In this document: positions 1-9,525 of the stretch, in pieces
How the letters are laid out: each line of letters begins with the position of its first letter
Position numbering within the stretch: position 1 is the first letter of the stretch
Origin: a virus
Lineage: Duplodnaviria > Heunggongvirae > Uroviricota > Caudoviricetes
Reading direction: 5' to 3' (one strand)
Virus record (IMG/VR): IMGVR_UViG_3300027734_000034
DNA length: 64,000 bases
Notes under the pieces: generated by a model
Told to the model about the DNA's origin: nothing
Seen by the model: only the letters and a program-made list of their open reading frames with translations
Database searches by the model: none
Program-made: the position numbers and the translations under genes

Positions 1-1599
1 TTTTTCTTCATCCATAGTTTGATTACCACTAGCTTGATCAATTCTGCGTTGTAAGTTAGCTTGCTCATCCGGGGTTGGAGCACCTGGATTACCTCCTGAC
101 ACTCTTAAGTTTGCAGGTTTTGGTTGTTTTGCATTACTTGGTGCTGCTGCTTGTTGACTTTGTTGTGCTAATTTACTAAATTCTTTAGCACCATAACTTA
201 CTGCCGCAGTTCTATTTCTTCTCTTTAAACTATTTAATCCATCTAGTACATCATCTATTGCATCTTTAGCATCATCGACCGTTCTAAAAGATGATGGTCC
301 AGATGATGGTGCGGCTGCTTGCCCTGCACCACCTGATGCTGCACCAGCTGATGGTGCGTATCCTCTACCGCCACTTGCTGCTGACATGCCTGAACCTATT
401 CTACTAGCTGGTACATTACTAGTTGTAGCTGCATTGCTTGTAGTTTGTGGTGCTGATGCTCTGGTTTCAGGATTGACTTCACCAGTGTGACCCACATGTT
501 GCATAGCTTGATTGGCTCTTGATGCGTCATAACCTGTCATTTTACCGCCACCGTATGCATCTTTCATTCCGGCATATGTTCCTTTTACACTACCAATTGC
601 ATCACCTACCCCACCCGCCATACGACCCAATAATCCTTGTTTGGGTTGTGCCGGCTGAACCGGTAACGGCTTTGCAGCAGGAAGTTTAAAGTTAGTAAAT
701 AAATTATTCAATGTCTCCTGTGGTACACCTGCTTTAATCATAATATCTGCAATTTGATCACTATCGGTTGGCTTATTTGCTTTATTCCATGCTTGCAATA
801 ATTTGTCAGCAGTAATCTTTGTTGTTAAGTTTTGCCCTTTGGTTTTAGCCCAATCTAGTATACCTTCATCAACTTGTTTTTTATGCTCATTAACTATTCT
901 ACCAATTAATCTATAAATTTGTGATTCAGATAGTTCAAATGATTCATTTCTCATTTGTAGACCATTGACTTCACCCGGCTTAGCAGGAACTCTTTTTGGT
1001 GCTATCGCTGATAGTGCAGAAGTAGCCGTAGTTGGTGGTTTAGGTTGTACTCTAGGAAATTTACTAAAATCACCTGTATCTGTTCTTGTACCATCTGATG
1101 GACGACCAACAAGTTCTGTACCTTTGTTTAATGCAGCAGTTGCAGCAGCTTGTCTTTGTTGTCTTGCTGCTTGTGCAGCTTGTCCTGCAGGAGTAGTTGG
1201 TTCTTCTGCTGCTGAAACTGATGGATCTGCACTTGTTGATTGTTTTAATCCTGAAGCTGCAACTGGATTAGGAGTGCTAAACATATCTTTAACTTTGCCA
1301 ATTGCTGTTCTATTGTTGCCGCCACCTACTAAGTTAGCAGCACCACCTGCTGATTGAATCTCTTGTGCGCTTTTGAAAATTTGTTGAATTTGTTGAGGGT
1401 CAACTGCAACTCCTTCTTTAATTTTTTTTGCATCATTATCAAATTGTTTTTTAGTAGCAGTATTGATACCTTTAAAACGTTTGTCGCCTTTTTTGAAGTC
1501 ACCTTCACTATCAGCTTTGCTAGCATTAGCCGCAGCAGCAGTTTTGTATTTTGCCAACTTGTCGTTAGATAGTTCTGCTAAAAATTCATTGGTTCTCAT
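1..1599 (-). CDS. Partial (3'-truncated by window edge) large low-complexity late protein, >533 aa, with capsid-targeting-like N-terminus MRTNEFLAE
   Basis: Absent from the ORF track. Translated by hand from ATG at 1599: MRTNEFLAELSNDKLAKYKTAAAANASKADSEGDF...MRNESFELSE...QTMDEEK, with no stop found in the stretches translated down to position 1. Starts 2 nt after the stop of the 701-aa gene. Confidence 0.75.
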   Translation of the reverse strand, partial: MRTNEFLAELSNDKLAKYKTAAAANASKADSEGDFKKGDKRFKGINTATKKQFDNDAKKIKEGVAVDPQQIQQIFKSAQEIQSAGGAANLVGGGNNRTAIGKVKDMFSTPNPVAASGLKQSTSADPSVSAAEEPTTPAGQAAQAARQQRQAAATAALNKGTELVGRPSDGTRTDTGDFSKFPRVQPKPPTTATSALSAIAPKRVPAKPGEVNGLQMRNESFELSESQIYRLIGRIVNEHKKQVDEGILDWAKTKGQNLTTKITADKLLQAWNKANKPTDSDQIADIMIKAGVPQETLNNLFTNFKLPAAKPLPVQPAQPKQGLLGRMAGGVGDAIGSVKGTYAGMKDAYGGGKMTGYDASRANQAMQHVGHTGEVNPETRASAPQTTSNAATTSNVPASRIGSGMSAASGGRGYAPSAGAASGGAGQAAAPSSGPSSFRTVDDAKDAIDDVLDGLNSLKRRNRTAAVSYGAKEFSKLAQQSQQAAAPSNAKQPKPANLRVSGGNPGAPTPDEQANLQRRIDQASGNQTMDEEK

Positions 1600-1601
1600 A
1601 A

Positions 1602-3707
1602 TTATGCTTTCTTATTTTTGATAGATTTTTTGCTTTCGTATGCTATAGAAGCACCGGGTCTAGAAGAAGATGTATATCCTCTATCTTGTAATCTTGCTGG
1701 TTCATCACCAGTAGCTGAATATGGAGTGTTACTTAGATTGTTTGAATCATGTTGTCTCTGATATTCTTGGTTAGATGCATCCATTTCATCTTTACTAACT
1801 AATGGAGGTTGAACATCTGCACGATGTAATTTGAAATTATAAAACTTGATACCTTTTGATTTCATAAAATCTTTAACTGCTTCTGAAGCCTGTCCCGGGG
1901 AGTTATATTCTGTTCCAAGATTGATATCTTTTGTAATTGATTTACCATCTACTTGAAAAGTAATTTGAGCAACAATAGGTTGTATTTCATGTGCATGTGC
2001 TCCTGCCCCGCCCAATGCAGCAGCACCTGCTAGTGCAGCACCTGCTAAATTACTTTTCCAACCTTCTTCTACTTTTTTCTTAGCAGCATCCCATGCAGCA
2101 TCAGTCTTTACATTGTATTCTTTGCCACCAGCGCCAATGTCAGCAACTCTGCTACCAATATCTTTTTTAGTTTTTACAACAGCTTTATTGTGTTTGTTCA
2201 CACTCTTTTGCATTAATTTACCGAAGTCTGGATTGCGTTTAAGGGCCCGTTCATCTTCTGGACTTCTTGAACTTGCTGCTGCTGTTCTCAAATCACCTAA
2301 GTCAAATGCTTCCCTCATTCCTGCTACTTTGCTACCTTGAGTGTTAGCTGCGGTACCGGTACGGCTGGCTTTCATCTTATCTCCACCGCCACCAATGTGT
2401 CTACTACCATAATCGGTCTTGTCTGCCTTGCGTGGCTTTTTATATGGTAATTGTTGAACATTACCACCTTTACTTAAAAATGCTTGTAATGCAGAATCAT
2501 CTTCCGCTACACCTTCAGCACTATCAGTAGCTAATACATCTGCAACTGTGCCAATATGATCGTTTGCTACTGTGATATAACTGTATTCCCATGCATCTAA
2601 TTGATTACCTTGCTTCAACATCTGATGTATCTGCTTGCAATTCTTTGCAATATTACGCAACTCTCCCATAGCCATTTGTGGAATCTGTTCTCCACCATCA
2701 CTATCTTCGTATGCAAGTCCACCGGCGATAACACCAGCACCTTCCGTTACCCCTTGCTCTGCTTGATCCATGTACCATTTAAGAATTTTTAGTAATTCAG
2801 TAAGTGATTCTTGCCCTTCAGGATTACAGTAGTTCTTAGCCATTCTAGCTAAGTCGTACATTGTTCGTAAGTTGCTGGTGCTTACATCACCTTCATTCAT
2901 ACCTATCTTACGCATCACCGCTGGAGAAGCGATTTTTTTTATCGCTTCTTTTTTTCCTACTTGTGCTGCCCTATTGCTTATTTTTTGTGATACATCATCA
3001 TAATGTTTTGCCAATGGATTCATATAGCCGCCACCTAATGCATTATGCACCTCAGGCTTCATTGCTTGATTACTTTTGTTTTTAGCTAATTGTGCGGATC
3101 TTTGTAACAGATCAGAACTGAGTTCATTGATAGCATCACTATCAGGTTGCATCTCTTGACTGCTGATTAGATAATCCATCACATTAACCATCATACCTTT
3201 TGCTGCGCCAATCTTCTCTGATACCCACTCGGGGAATTCAGATTGAACGGATAATCTCTTATCTAAATCACTAGCAGCACGGGCGATAGTGTGTAGACTG
3301 TTCTTTAATGTGTGACCTTCGTGTTCACCATGGTCTAAGTCATGCTTAACAAATCCAGTTCTTCTTAGTCTACCTTGACCCGGGATAACGATTAAGTCTT
3401 GTTCTGCAATTTCCTCTTCGTTGACTTTTGTCATGCTTGCTTTGATTTCAGCTTTTGTTTTTCCATATTTCTTTTGAAATTCAGCAGTAGTTAACTCTGT
3501 TAAATCTATTGATAGTTCTTTAACTTTGCTTTCTGTAATGCTATTAGCGTAAGGCCCTTTCTTTTTAGCCTTCCCTTTCATTACTTGTTGTACAGGTTTC
3601 AGTCCCGGAACATTAACATTTTCACGGGTTTGAGTCATCATAGGCTTTGCTACGGTTGCGACTGACCCTGCTGTGGTTGAATTTTCTACTATTTGCTTAA
3701 ATCTCAT
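1602..3707 (-). CDS. 701-aa modular phage protein, probable virion/internal head protein
   Basis: N-terminus MRFKQIVE; short modules separated by hydrophobic-x-E motifs (ITE, VNE, IAE, INE, MNE, VTE, VAE, MRE, VEE); upstream TAAATA late promoter. Confidence 0.65.
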   Translation of the reverse strand: MRFKQIVENSTTAGSVATVAKPMMTQTRENVNVPGLKPVQQVMKGKAKKKGPYANSITESKVKELSIDLTELTTAEFQKKYGKTKAEIKASMTKVNEEEIAEQDLIVIPGQGRLRRTGFVKHDLDHGEHEGHTLKNSLHTIARAASDLDKRLSVQSEFPEWVSEKIGAAKGMMVNVMDYLISSQEMQPDSDAINELSSDLLQRSAQLAKNKSNQAMKPEVHNALGGGYMNPLAKHYDDVSQKISNRAAQVGKKEAIKKIASPAVMRKIGMNEGDVSTSNLRTMYDLARMAKNYCNPEGQESLTELLKILKWYMDQAEQGVTEGAGVIAGGLAYEDSDGGEQIPQMAMGELRNIAKNCKQIHQMLKQGNQLDAWEYSYITVANDHIGTVADVLATDSAEGVAEDDSALQAFLSKGGNVQQLPYKKPRKADKTDYGSRHIGGGGDKMKASRTGTAANTQGSKVAGMREAFDLGDLRTAAASSRSPEDERALKRNPDFGKLMQKSVNKHNKAVVKTKKDIGSRVADIGAGGKEYNVKTDAAWDAAKKKVEEGWKSNLAGAALAGAAALGGAGAHAHEIQPIVAQITFQVDGKSITKDINLGTEYNSPGQASEAVKDFMKSKGIKFYNFKLHRADVQPPLVSKDEMDASNQEYQRQHDSNNLSNTPYSATGDEPARLQDRGYTSSSRPGASIAYESKKSIKNKKA

Positions 3708-3730
3708 GACGGTTTCCCAAAGTTATAGAG

Positions 3731-3736
3731 TATTTA
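3731..3736 (-). promoter_or_regulatory. T4-type late promoter core TAAATA
   Basis: ttgaTAAATActc upstream of the 701-aa gene; the same hexamer precedes many late-type genes in the window. Confidence 0.6.
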
Positions 3737-3760
3737 TCAAAATACCATAATAAGGAAACT

Positions 3761-5167
3761 TTAGATTTTGCCGTTTGCTTTAGCTGTTGGGGGTATTCCA
3801 GCACGACTGGTGTTCCAGTAGAATGCTTTTGCGTTCTTTTTTATACTGTCAGGGTGTACATCTACAGTTAGTGCTGTCTTGAATCGCGGGTCATTCTTTT
3901 GTTTTTCGCTTGGAATATATCCACTTGCTTCACTTATTCCACCACGATATTGATTATCTTTAACGCCAGCATAAGGACTTACTGGTGGAGTTTTTTCTGC
4001 TGCAAATTGCATGGTGTTGTATTCTTCCGCCACACCTTTTACTTTTGGATCTAAATCTTTCAAGCTATTCACATCACCTTGCTTGCGCCACTTTGACCAC
4101 ATTTTTTGTCCAGCGGTAGTTTGTGTTTCAGAAGGCAATACATTGACACCTAACATGCGAATCAAAGCATACATATTTGCGGCTATACCTTGTCCTTGAT
4201 ATTTAGGATCGACTCTGGTCTTCATGCTTGTTACACCTTGCACTTCACCTGTATATAGATTTCGTGCTTTGGCAAATTGTGCATCTCCAATTGGATTGAG
4301 ATTTTTTTTATCATATGCTTTGATAGATAAGAAATCATTTTTCTTCCCTGCATTTGTAACATGATAAAGTATTCCGTTTATGTCTTGTTTGAAATCTAAT
4401 CCTGGTTTCCATAACTCATTGTTGAATTGTTCTTCTTCATCTATGTTCTGATACATAGTCTCAAACGATAACTTCTCACTATGTAACTTGTCTCTTAAAT
4501 CATATAATTTTGTAATATATCCTTGACTACGCAACATCTTATATGCTAAATTTTCAGGACCAAACTCACCACCTTTATCTAATCCTGCTTGTCTATATCG
4601 TTTGATCGTGTCTATTATATGTTTTACTTTACTATATTTTCTTGACTGTAGTGCTATCTCTATCAAACCTAATAACTTTTCATACTTGCTTTTAGTAGAA
4701 GTTTGGTCAAAATCACTTCTACGCTTAGTGGGTATTCTTATCCACTGATCATTCATTACACTGTATTCACCTAAACTTACAACAGGTTGTCTACTGTCTT
4801 GTACATATAATTCTACTGGAATTTTATGAATTGTTATATCATGTGTATCATTGTATATTGTTTTCTTTGCTGTAAATAACTCTTTATATACTTCATTGGT
4901 AGGTAAATTACCCATGTCTACTAATATATGTAAATCTAAATCACTGTGCTTTGTGTAGCTAAATGCAGCATTACTACCTGAGATTGTTATGTCTTTTACA
5001 TCTAAATCATGTACACCTAATTCTTCTAAAAAATCTGCTGCTATCAGCATAAGCTGGTCTCTAACATCTGGTCGCAATTTAGTTTCATTCCATAACTTAG
5101 GATTAAGTTTATCGTGGAATGTTACCGCATCACTTAGTTTAAAGCTATTAAGTTCTTTTTGATTCAT
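3761..5167 (-). CDS. Pol-beta-superfamily nucleotidyltransferase fused to a GNAT-like acetyltransferase domain
   Basis: N-terminal ISGSNAAFSYTKHSDLDLHILVD (GS...DxD); C-terminal half RVDPKYQGQGIAANMY...SETQTTAGQKMW (GNAT acetyl-CoA motif A, Q/RxxGxA). Confidence 0.7.
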   Translation of the reverse strand: MNQKELNSFKLSDAVTFHDKLNPKLWNETKLRPDVRDQLMLIAADFLEELGVHDLDVKDITISGSNAAFSYTKHSDLDLHILVDMGNLPTNEVYKELFTAKKTIYNDTHDITIHKIPVELYVQDSRQPVVSLGEYSVMNDQWIRIPTKRRSDFDQTSTKSKYEKLLGLIEIALQSRKYSKVKHIIDTIKRYRQAGLDKGGEFGPENLAYKMLRSQGYITKLYDLRDKLHSEKLSFETMYQNIDEEEQFNNELWKPGLDFKQDINGILYHVTNAGKKNDFLSIKAYDKKNLNPIGDAQFAKARNLYTGEVQGVTSMKTRVDPKYQGQGIAANMYALIRMLGVNVLPSETQTTAGQKMWSKWRKQGDVNSLKDLDPKVKGVAEEYNTMQFAAEKTPPVSPYAGVKDNQYRGGISEASGYIPSEKQKNDPRFKTALTVDVHPDSIKKNAKAFYWNTSRAGIPPTAKANGKI

Positions 5168-5229
5168 TTTTTTGGGTCAGGTGGAACGGGAGGGAATTTC
5201 TTTGGAGTTTTATGTCTAAACCAACTCAT
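5164..5229 (-). CDS. Putative 21-aa leaderless peptide (MSWFRHKTPKKFPPVPPDPKK), coupled to the nucleotidyltransferase gene
   Basis: ATG 5 nt after TAAATA (5235-5240); its TGA overlaps the next ATG (ATGA). Confidence 0.4.
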   Translation of the reverse strand: MSWFRHKTPKKFPPVPPDPKK

Positions 5230-5248
5230 ATATGTATTTATTACTATA

Positions 5249-5785
5249 TTATAAATCTAGTATTTGACGAGGTAACCAAAGTTCATATATATTTTTATCG
5301 ATCGGAGTATCTACGCATTTAGATAAAGATTCAACTGCTTTTCCGTCAATAATATCTTCTAAAGATATTAAATTTTTGACTTGTGTATTAACAAATTCAG
5401 AATATTTGATTATATTTTTTGCATATTCTTCTGTAGAATTGAAACCTATATCATTTTTATACCAATCTTTATGCTGGTTAAGTTTGCTAAATCTACCTGC
5501 TGCCCATAATGCAATTTTAAAATCAAAGGTTATTATAGATATAATTTTATGTTTTTTTTCAATATGATATTCCATTTGATGACTTGGCAAACTTAGATAT
5601 TTATTTTTCATGTTATTAATGTAAATATCTTTTTCTTGGTCTGTTTTAAATAATATAGGACATTTTAATTTGTCTCTTTCATCTTGAATTACTATATAAT
5701 CATTTTCTAAAATAACGCCGGTTGGATCAATCATCGCGGTAATTAAATCCCCGCAGCATCCACCCATAAAAGAAACAATATTCAT
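5249..5785 (-). CDS. Hypothetical protein, 178 aa, very AT-rich
   Basis: Intact ORF co-oriented with its neighbours; no motif I can assign. Confidence 0.6.
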   Translation of the reverse strand: MNIVSFMGGCCGDLITAMIDPTGVILENDYIVIQDERDKLKCPILFKTDQEKDIYINNMKNKYLSLPSHQMEYHIEKKHKIISIITFDFKIALWAAGRFSKLNQHKDWYKNDIGFNSTEEYAKNIIKYSEFVNTQVKNLISLEDIIDGKAVESLSKCVDTPIDKNIYELWLPRQILDL

Positions 5786-5793
5786 TGTATTAG

Positions 5794-5816
5794 AAAAGCC
5801 CCTTTCGGGGCTTTTT
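5794..5816 (-). terminator. Rho-independent terminator
   Basis: aaaagcccc-GAAA-ggggctttt hairpin with A/T tracts on both sides, right after the glycosyltransferase stop. Confidence 0.85.
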
Positions 5817-6745
5817 TATGCTGCTTTTACTGACTTGATTTCGTTGCCATCTTTGTCAGTTAATTTCATTCCCAGACTTTGTTGTTGTTCTAAGAACATT
5901 GGTCCCACTGTCTTAAGTAGATGTTCTTGATTTTCCATACAGAAAACATAACTACCGCTGTGACGCAATAGAACACGCTTGTCCATCCAGATACGACCAC
6001 CTAAGTCACGCCAATTTTCGCAGAATGTCCAATCTTCGCTGTAGTAGCGATTCTGACGAACTGCTGTGTCAAAATATGTTTTCAAGTATTGATCATACAT
6101 TGGATCTAATCCAATGTCGTTCTTGTATTGCTTAACAGCAGGGTGAGTATTCAATTTCTCAAATACATGTTTCTTCATTAACAAGAAACCTGTACCTGCT
6201 TTAGATACTTCTTGCAATCCATCTGGTCCTTCTTCTGCACCTTCAAATCCGTTAACTACCCACTTGATAGGCATAGTTTTCATTGGGTACAATCCACCGA
6301 TAACGTCTACGTCACGGTTCAATAGAACTAATAGATGCCATGGCTCCCAACCAATGTCAGCGTCAACAAAGAACAAGTGTGTTGCATCTGGCATAGCTAA
6401 GAACTTAGCAGTTAGTGTGTTACGGGCACGACTGATAAGACTTTCGTTGACCATTGTTTCCAATGTCCAGTCAATGTTCAATTGACGGGCTGTGTTAGCC
6501 CACTTGATGAAACTCATAAATGTTGATTCAGTCAACATACCACCATAGCAAGGCATAGCGATATGCACTTTGGTTGTACGCAAGAAATCTACATTTACTT
6601 GTACTTGGCCTGCTACTGGGGTTTGATCTGCTGGAGCATCTGCTTTTTGTGCTTGCTCTGCTGCCGCTTGTTCAGCGATTTCTTGTACCTTTTCTACTGG
6701 TACTGTTTTTTCTTCTTTAGTTGCTTTGGGTTTTCTTGTTGCCAT
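5816..6745 (-). CDS. GT-A fold glycosyltransferase
   Basis: HIAMPCYGG...ESLISRARN...FFVDADIGW (DxD)...GTGFLLMK...SEDWTFC; SD gagga; late promoter at 6770-6775. Confidence 0.75.
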   Translation of the reverse strand: MATRKPKATKEEKTVPVEKVQEIAEQAAAEQAQKADAPADQTPVAGQVQVNVDFLRTTKVHIAMPCYGGMLTESTFMSFIKWANTARQLNIDWTLETMVNESLISRARNTLTAKFLAMPDATHLFFVDADIGWEPWHLLVLLNRDVDVIGGLYPMKTMPIKWVVNGFEGAEEGPDGLQEVSKAGTGFLLMKKHVFEKLNTHPAVKQYKNDIGLDPMYDQYLKTYFDTAVRQNRYYSEDWTFCENWRDLGGRIWMDKRVLLRHSGSYVFCMENQEHLLKTVGPMFLEQQQSLGMKLTDKDGNEIKSVKAA

Positions 6746-6802
6746 ATGGTCCTCTTGTTAAGATATAATTATTTACATCCTACAGAGGGGTACGAAATAT
6801 TT

Positions 6803-8521
6803 TTATTTTTCGTCTAGGTAATCAAATTTAGGTTCAACAGGTAATCCGTCGCTACGCTCACGCTTTTTCATTTGTTCGCTGTCTCGTGCGGCTCTTAGTT
6901 TAGCGATAGGTGCCCCATCACCTGCTAAGTCTTTTGCCACATGAGCCATAACATCACTTTCTTTTTCCATTACAGTTGCTATACCAACACCAACGCCTAA
7001 GCTAGCTAGTGTATATTTGAGTGTGTCTACCCAATTCTTGCCGTTCATTCTTGCACCCACTGCAGGGACGATTGAGTTCAATATACCTTGCATCATTAGA
7101 TTAGTTTGATAGGGTGTTAGTTGTATATTATTAGCAAGATTTATTGCGCCACCGCCTAGTAGTGCTGCTATAGCTGTAATGATTCCACCTTGTAAGTATG
7201 GATTGTGTTTACCTTCTTTAAATATATCAATCAACTTTTTGCGAACAACTGGGTCATCAGTCTTTTGTAATAAGTGTCGTGCTTTCTCTACATAGTTTTC
7301 TACTTCTTGTTCTTGTGCTTTTTGCATTACAGGTGTATAGAACTTCATAGTAGCATCAACTATTGGATCAGTTTCTTTATCTTCTTCAATAGGTTCAGTA
7401 GTAGCACCCATCTTCATTTTTTCTTGCACCGGCATTGCCTTCTTAACTTTTTTAGTATTGTACACTCCAAATTCTCCACCACCGTTGGTTTGGCTTGTCC
7501 AACCTGGTAATGACGGTAATACTCTTTTAATCATTCTAGCATACAACGCTCTACGACCGGGTTCTGCGGCTTGGAAATATAACAATGAAGGTTTAAATTT
7601 TTTCACATACTGAACTATAGCATTGACTACAATTCCAAACACTTCTGCGGCTGCCCCTGTACCTTCGATACCCTGTTTAACAACTGGAAATCCGCCTTTC
7701 ATATCCTGTGTAATTTGTTCAAAACTAACAAATTTGCTATTTTCATATACTTCGTCTGAATCAACATAATCATATGGACTCATGTTCTCTGGTCCAATAT
7801 ATGGTTCTAAGAAATCCAATTGATATTCTACTCCATTGCTAGCAGTGAAGTTAAATTTAATCATATCAGGATTACTAGTGTCCCATTGTGAAGTAGCTGT
7901 AGATGCTTTAGTATCAAAAACTTCTTGTAAATTAACATCAACACCCATGCCAGCATCTAATAGCTTAACGACATTTGCTGCTAATGCGGGGTTACTTTGT
8001 GTAGCTGGATACAAACTCATTACCATTGCAGTCTTGCGTTTCTCGTTTAGTTTAGGCCACATTGCACGAATCTCACTTGCACTGGTAATGCCAGGACCAA
8101 ACTCTACTGTTGGTAGATATTCAATGTAAGCATGTTGTCCAAATGGTTTTAAATCTTTGCCTGTGTATGGTTGAAAGTATGCAGGACTTCCATCTTTCTT
8201 TGTGCCACCTGGTTTAGGTTGCTCATTCTTATCTTTTTCACTACGCACAAATATTAATACATCACTGTCAGGATTATACTTGCTTGTTATTTCTTGTGGT
8301 CTGAATGGACTACGAACTTGTACAAATTGTCCTTTCTTTACACCTGCTACTTTAGCAAGTTTTTCTTTGATTGCAAAAGGAAAAGGTCTTTCACTAGTAT
8401 CGTCTGATGCCGCAACATATACATCAGCACCCGGAAAGGTTTGTAATGCTGATTGATATAGTGAGGCATGACCCGCATGAAACGGGTGAAAGCCTCCGGG
8501 CATTACGACTATTGTACTCAT
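6803..8521 (-). CDS. HIGH-motif cytidylyltransferase-like domain fused to further phage modules, 572 aa
   Basis: N-terminal VVMPGGFHPFHAGHA (HIGH-type) and SASEIR (KMSKS-like). The central module (EVFDTK...GTGAAAEVFGIVVNAI...RRALYARMIKR) resembles the N-terminal module of the kinase at 22739-23836. Confidence 0.7.
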   Translation of the reverse strand: MSTIVVMPGGFHPFHAGHASLYQSALQTFPGADVYVAASDDTSERPFPFAIKEKLAKVAGVKKGQFVQVRSPFRPQEITSKYNPDSDVLIFVRSEKDKNEQPKPGGTKKDGSPAYFQPYTGKDLKPFGQHAYIEYLPTVEFGPGITSASEIRAMWPKLNEKRKTAMVMSLYPATQSNPALAANVVKLLDAGMGVDVNLQEVFDTKASTATSQWDTSNPDMIKFNFTASNGVEYQLDFLEPYIGPENMSPYDYVDSDEVYENSKFVSFEQITQDMKGGFPVVKQGIEGTGAAAEVFGIVVNAIVQYVKKFKPSLLYFQAAEPGRRALYARMIKRVLPSLPGWTSQTNGGGEFGVYNTKKVKKAMPVQEKMKMGATTEPIEEDKETDPIVDATMKFYTPVMQKAQEQEVENYVEKARHLLQKTDDPVVRKKLIDIFKEGKHNPYLQGGIITAIAALLGGGAINLANNIQLTPYQTNLMMQGILNSIVPAVGARMNGKNWVDTLKYTLASLGVGVGIATVMEKESDVMAHVAKDLAGDGAPIAKLRAARDSEQMKKRERSDGLPVEPKFDYLDEK

Positions 8522-8961
8522 TGTTGATTGCCTGTTATTGCCTGTAATAAGGCTCTGGCTACTACACGGTCTTTTTCTTGTTCTTCATCTGATAGTTGAG
8601 CATATGGAATGTTCATCAACTTTTCGCGCTGCTGAAGTTTTGCTTCTAATTTACCGGCAGCTTTTAGTTTCTCTGTGTCATCAAATTGTTCTGGGTGTGC
8701 TACAAACGCTTTAGCAGTTACATTCCATCCTTGATGTATCGCATCACTAATCTTTTCAATATCTTTTTCACCTGCTGTAATTGCTTTCAAAGCAAATTCA
8801 GCCGACTTCATATTAGCTTTCCATCCAAATGTATTGCCAGGACTACTGCGACCATAGTGGTATGCATCATCCAATGCTTTGTCACTTATTTGTGCTAGTT
8901 GACCAATGTCCATGCTTTCGTTTAGCATGTCAATATATTTTCTAAAAAGTTCTGTACTCAT
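8518..8961 (-). CDS. Standalone RyR (ryanodine receptor repeat) domain protein
   Basis: AIHQGW...LMNIPYAQLSDEEQEKDRVVARAL matches the RyR pattern (HxxW...PYxxLxxxEKxKDR); N-terminus ends in LNE. Confidence 0.65.
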   Translation of the reverse strand: MSTELFRKYIDMLNESMDIGQLAQISDKALDDAYHYGRSSPGNTFGWKANMKSAEFALKAITAGEKDIEKISDAIHQGWNVTAKAFVAHPEQFDDTEKLKAAGKLEAKLQQREKLMNIPYAQLSDEEQEKDRVVARALLQAITGNQQ

Positions 8962-8962
8962 T

Positions 8963-9322
8963 TTAATAACTCAACTTTACAAAATTAACTACACCTTGTT
9001 GGAAATCTACAATCTTTGCTCTCATGTACACAAAGTTACCGGTAACATTTGTATATTGACTTGCGTTTGGATTATCACTTCCATTGAATTCATACACATC
9101 AAACCATTGATTTTCAAGTGATGCTGGATTTGCTAGTGTAGCTTGGATAACGATGTTACCTACAATGTTTGACACACTAAGGTTAACTGTCTGTAAATCT
9201 CTATTACCTAAGTAATAAGCAGCAGCAGGTTGAGCATTACCTACAACCGTGTAGGGTGCTGCATTACCTGGATTTACATAGGCTGTCTGCGGTAGCAGAA
9301 TAAGTGTAGTAGATTGGCTCAT
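8963..9322 (-). CDS. Hypothetical late (probably structural) beta-rich protein
   Basis: ORF in a late operon; no catalytic motifs. Confidence 0.6.
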   Translation of the reverse strand: MSQSTTLILLPQTAYVNPGNAAPYTVVGNAQPAAAYYLGNRDLQTVNLSVSNIVGNIVIQATLANPASLENQWFDVYEFNGSDNPNASQYTNVTGNFVYMRAKIVDFQQGVVNFVKLSY

Positions 9323-9489
9323 TATGCTCGTACCACTTCTACTACAATACTTTCACCGACTAATTCTTGTGCAACTTGTTCTAACGCAGCTTGAACATCT
9401 GCACCTACAAGTCCACCATTGTCGGTGTCTGAATCTTTAACGATTTTACTAAATTTGATGACTACTACATCTTCTACAATCTTTGCCAT
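9322..9489 (-). CDS. Hypothetical 55-aa protein (MAKIVEDVVVIKFSKIVKDSD...EVVRA)
   Basis: Below the track cut-off; SD ggag, TAAATA at 9515-9520, TAATG overlap with the next gene. Confidence 0.75.
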   Translation of the reverse strand: MAKIVEDVVVIKFSKIVKDSDTDNGGLVGADVQAALEQVAQELVGESIVVEVVRA

Positions 9490-9525
9490 GGTAAATACTC
9501 CATTATTAATAGAGTATTTATCATT

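Noticed and set aside
965-1572. Plus-strand ORFs 965-1357 and 1354-1572, and minus ORF 1329-1526
   Set aside because: Shadows of the long minus-strand ORF 1-1599 found by manual translation. Most other short antisense ORFs in the track (for example 20325-21083, 49589-50239, 51552-52202) are likewise shadows of well-supported genes.
5249-5785. Sulfotransferase/P-loop assignment for the 178-aa AT-rich ORF
   Set aside because: Only a vague N-terminal GGCCGD; no convincing PAPS-binding or Walker motif.
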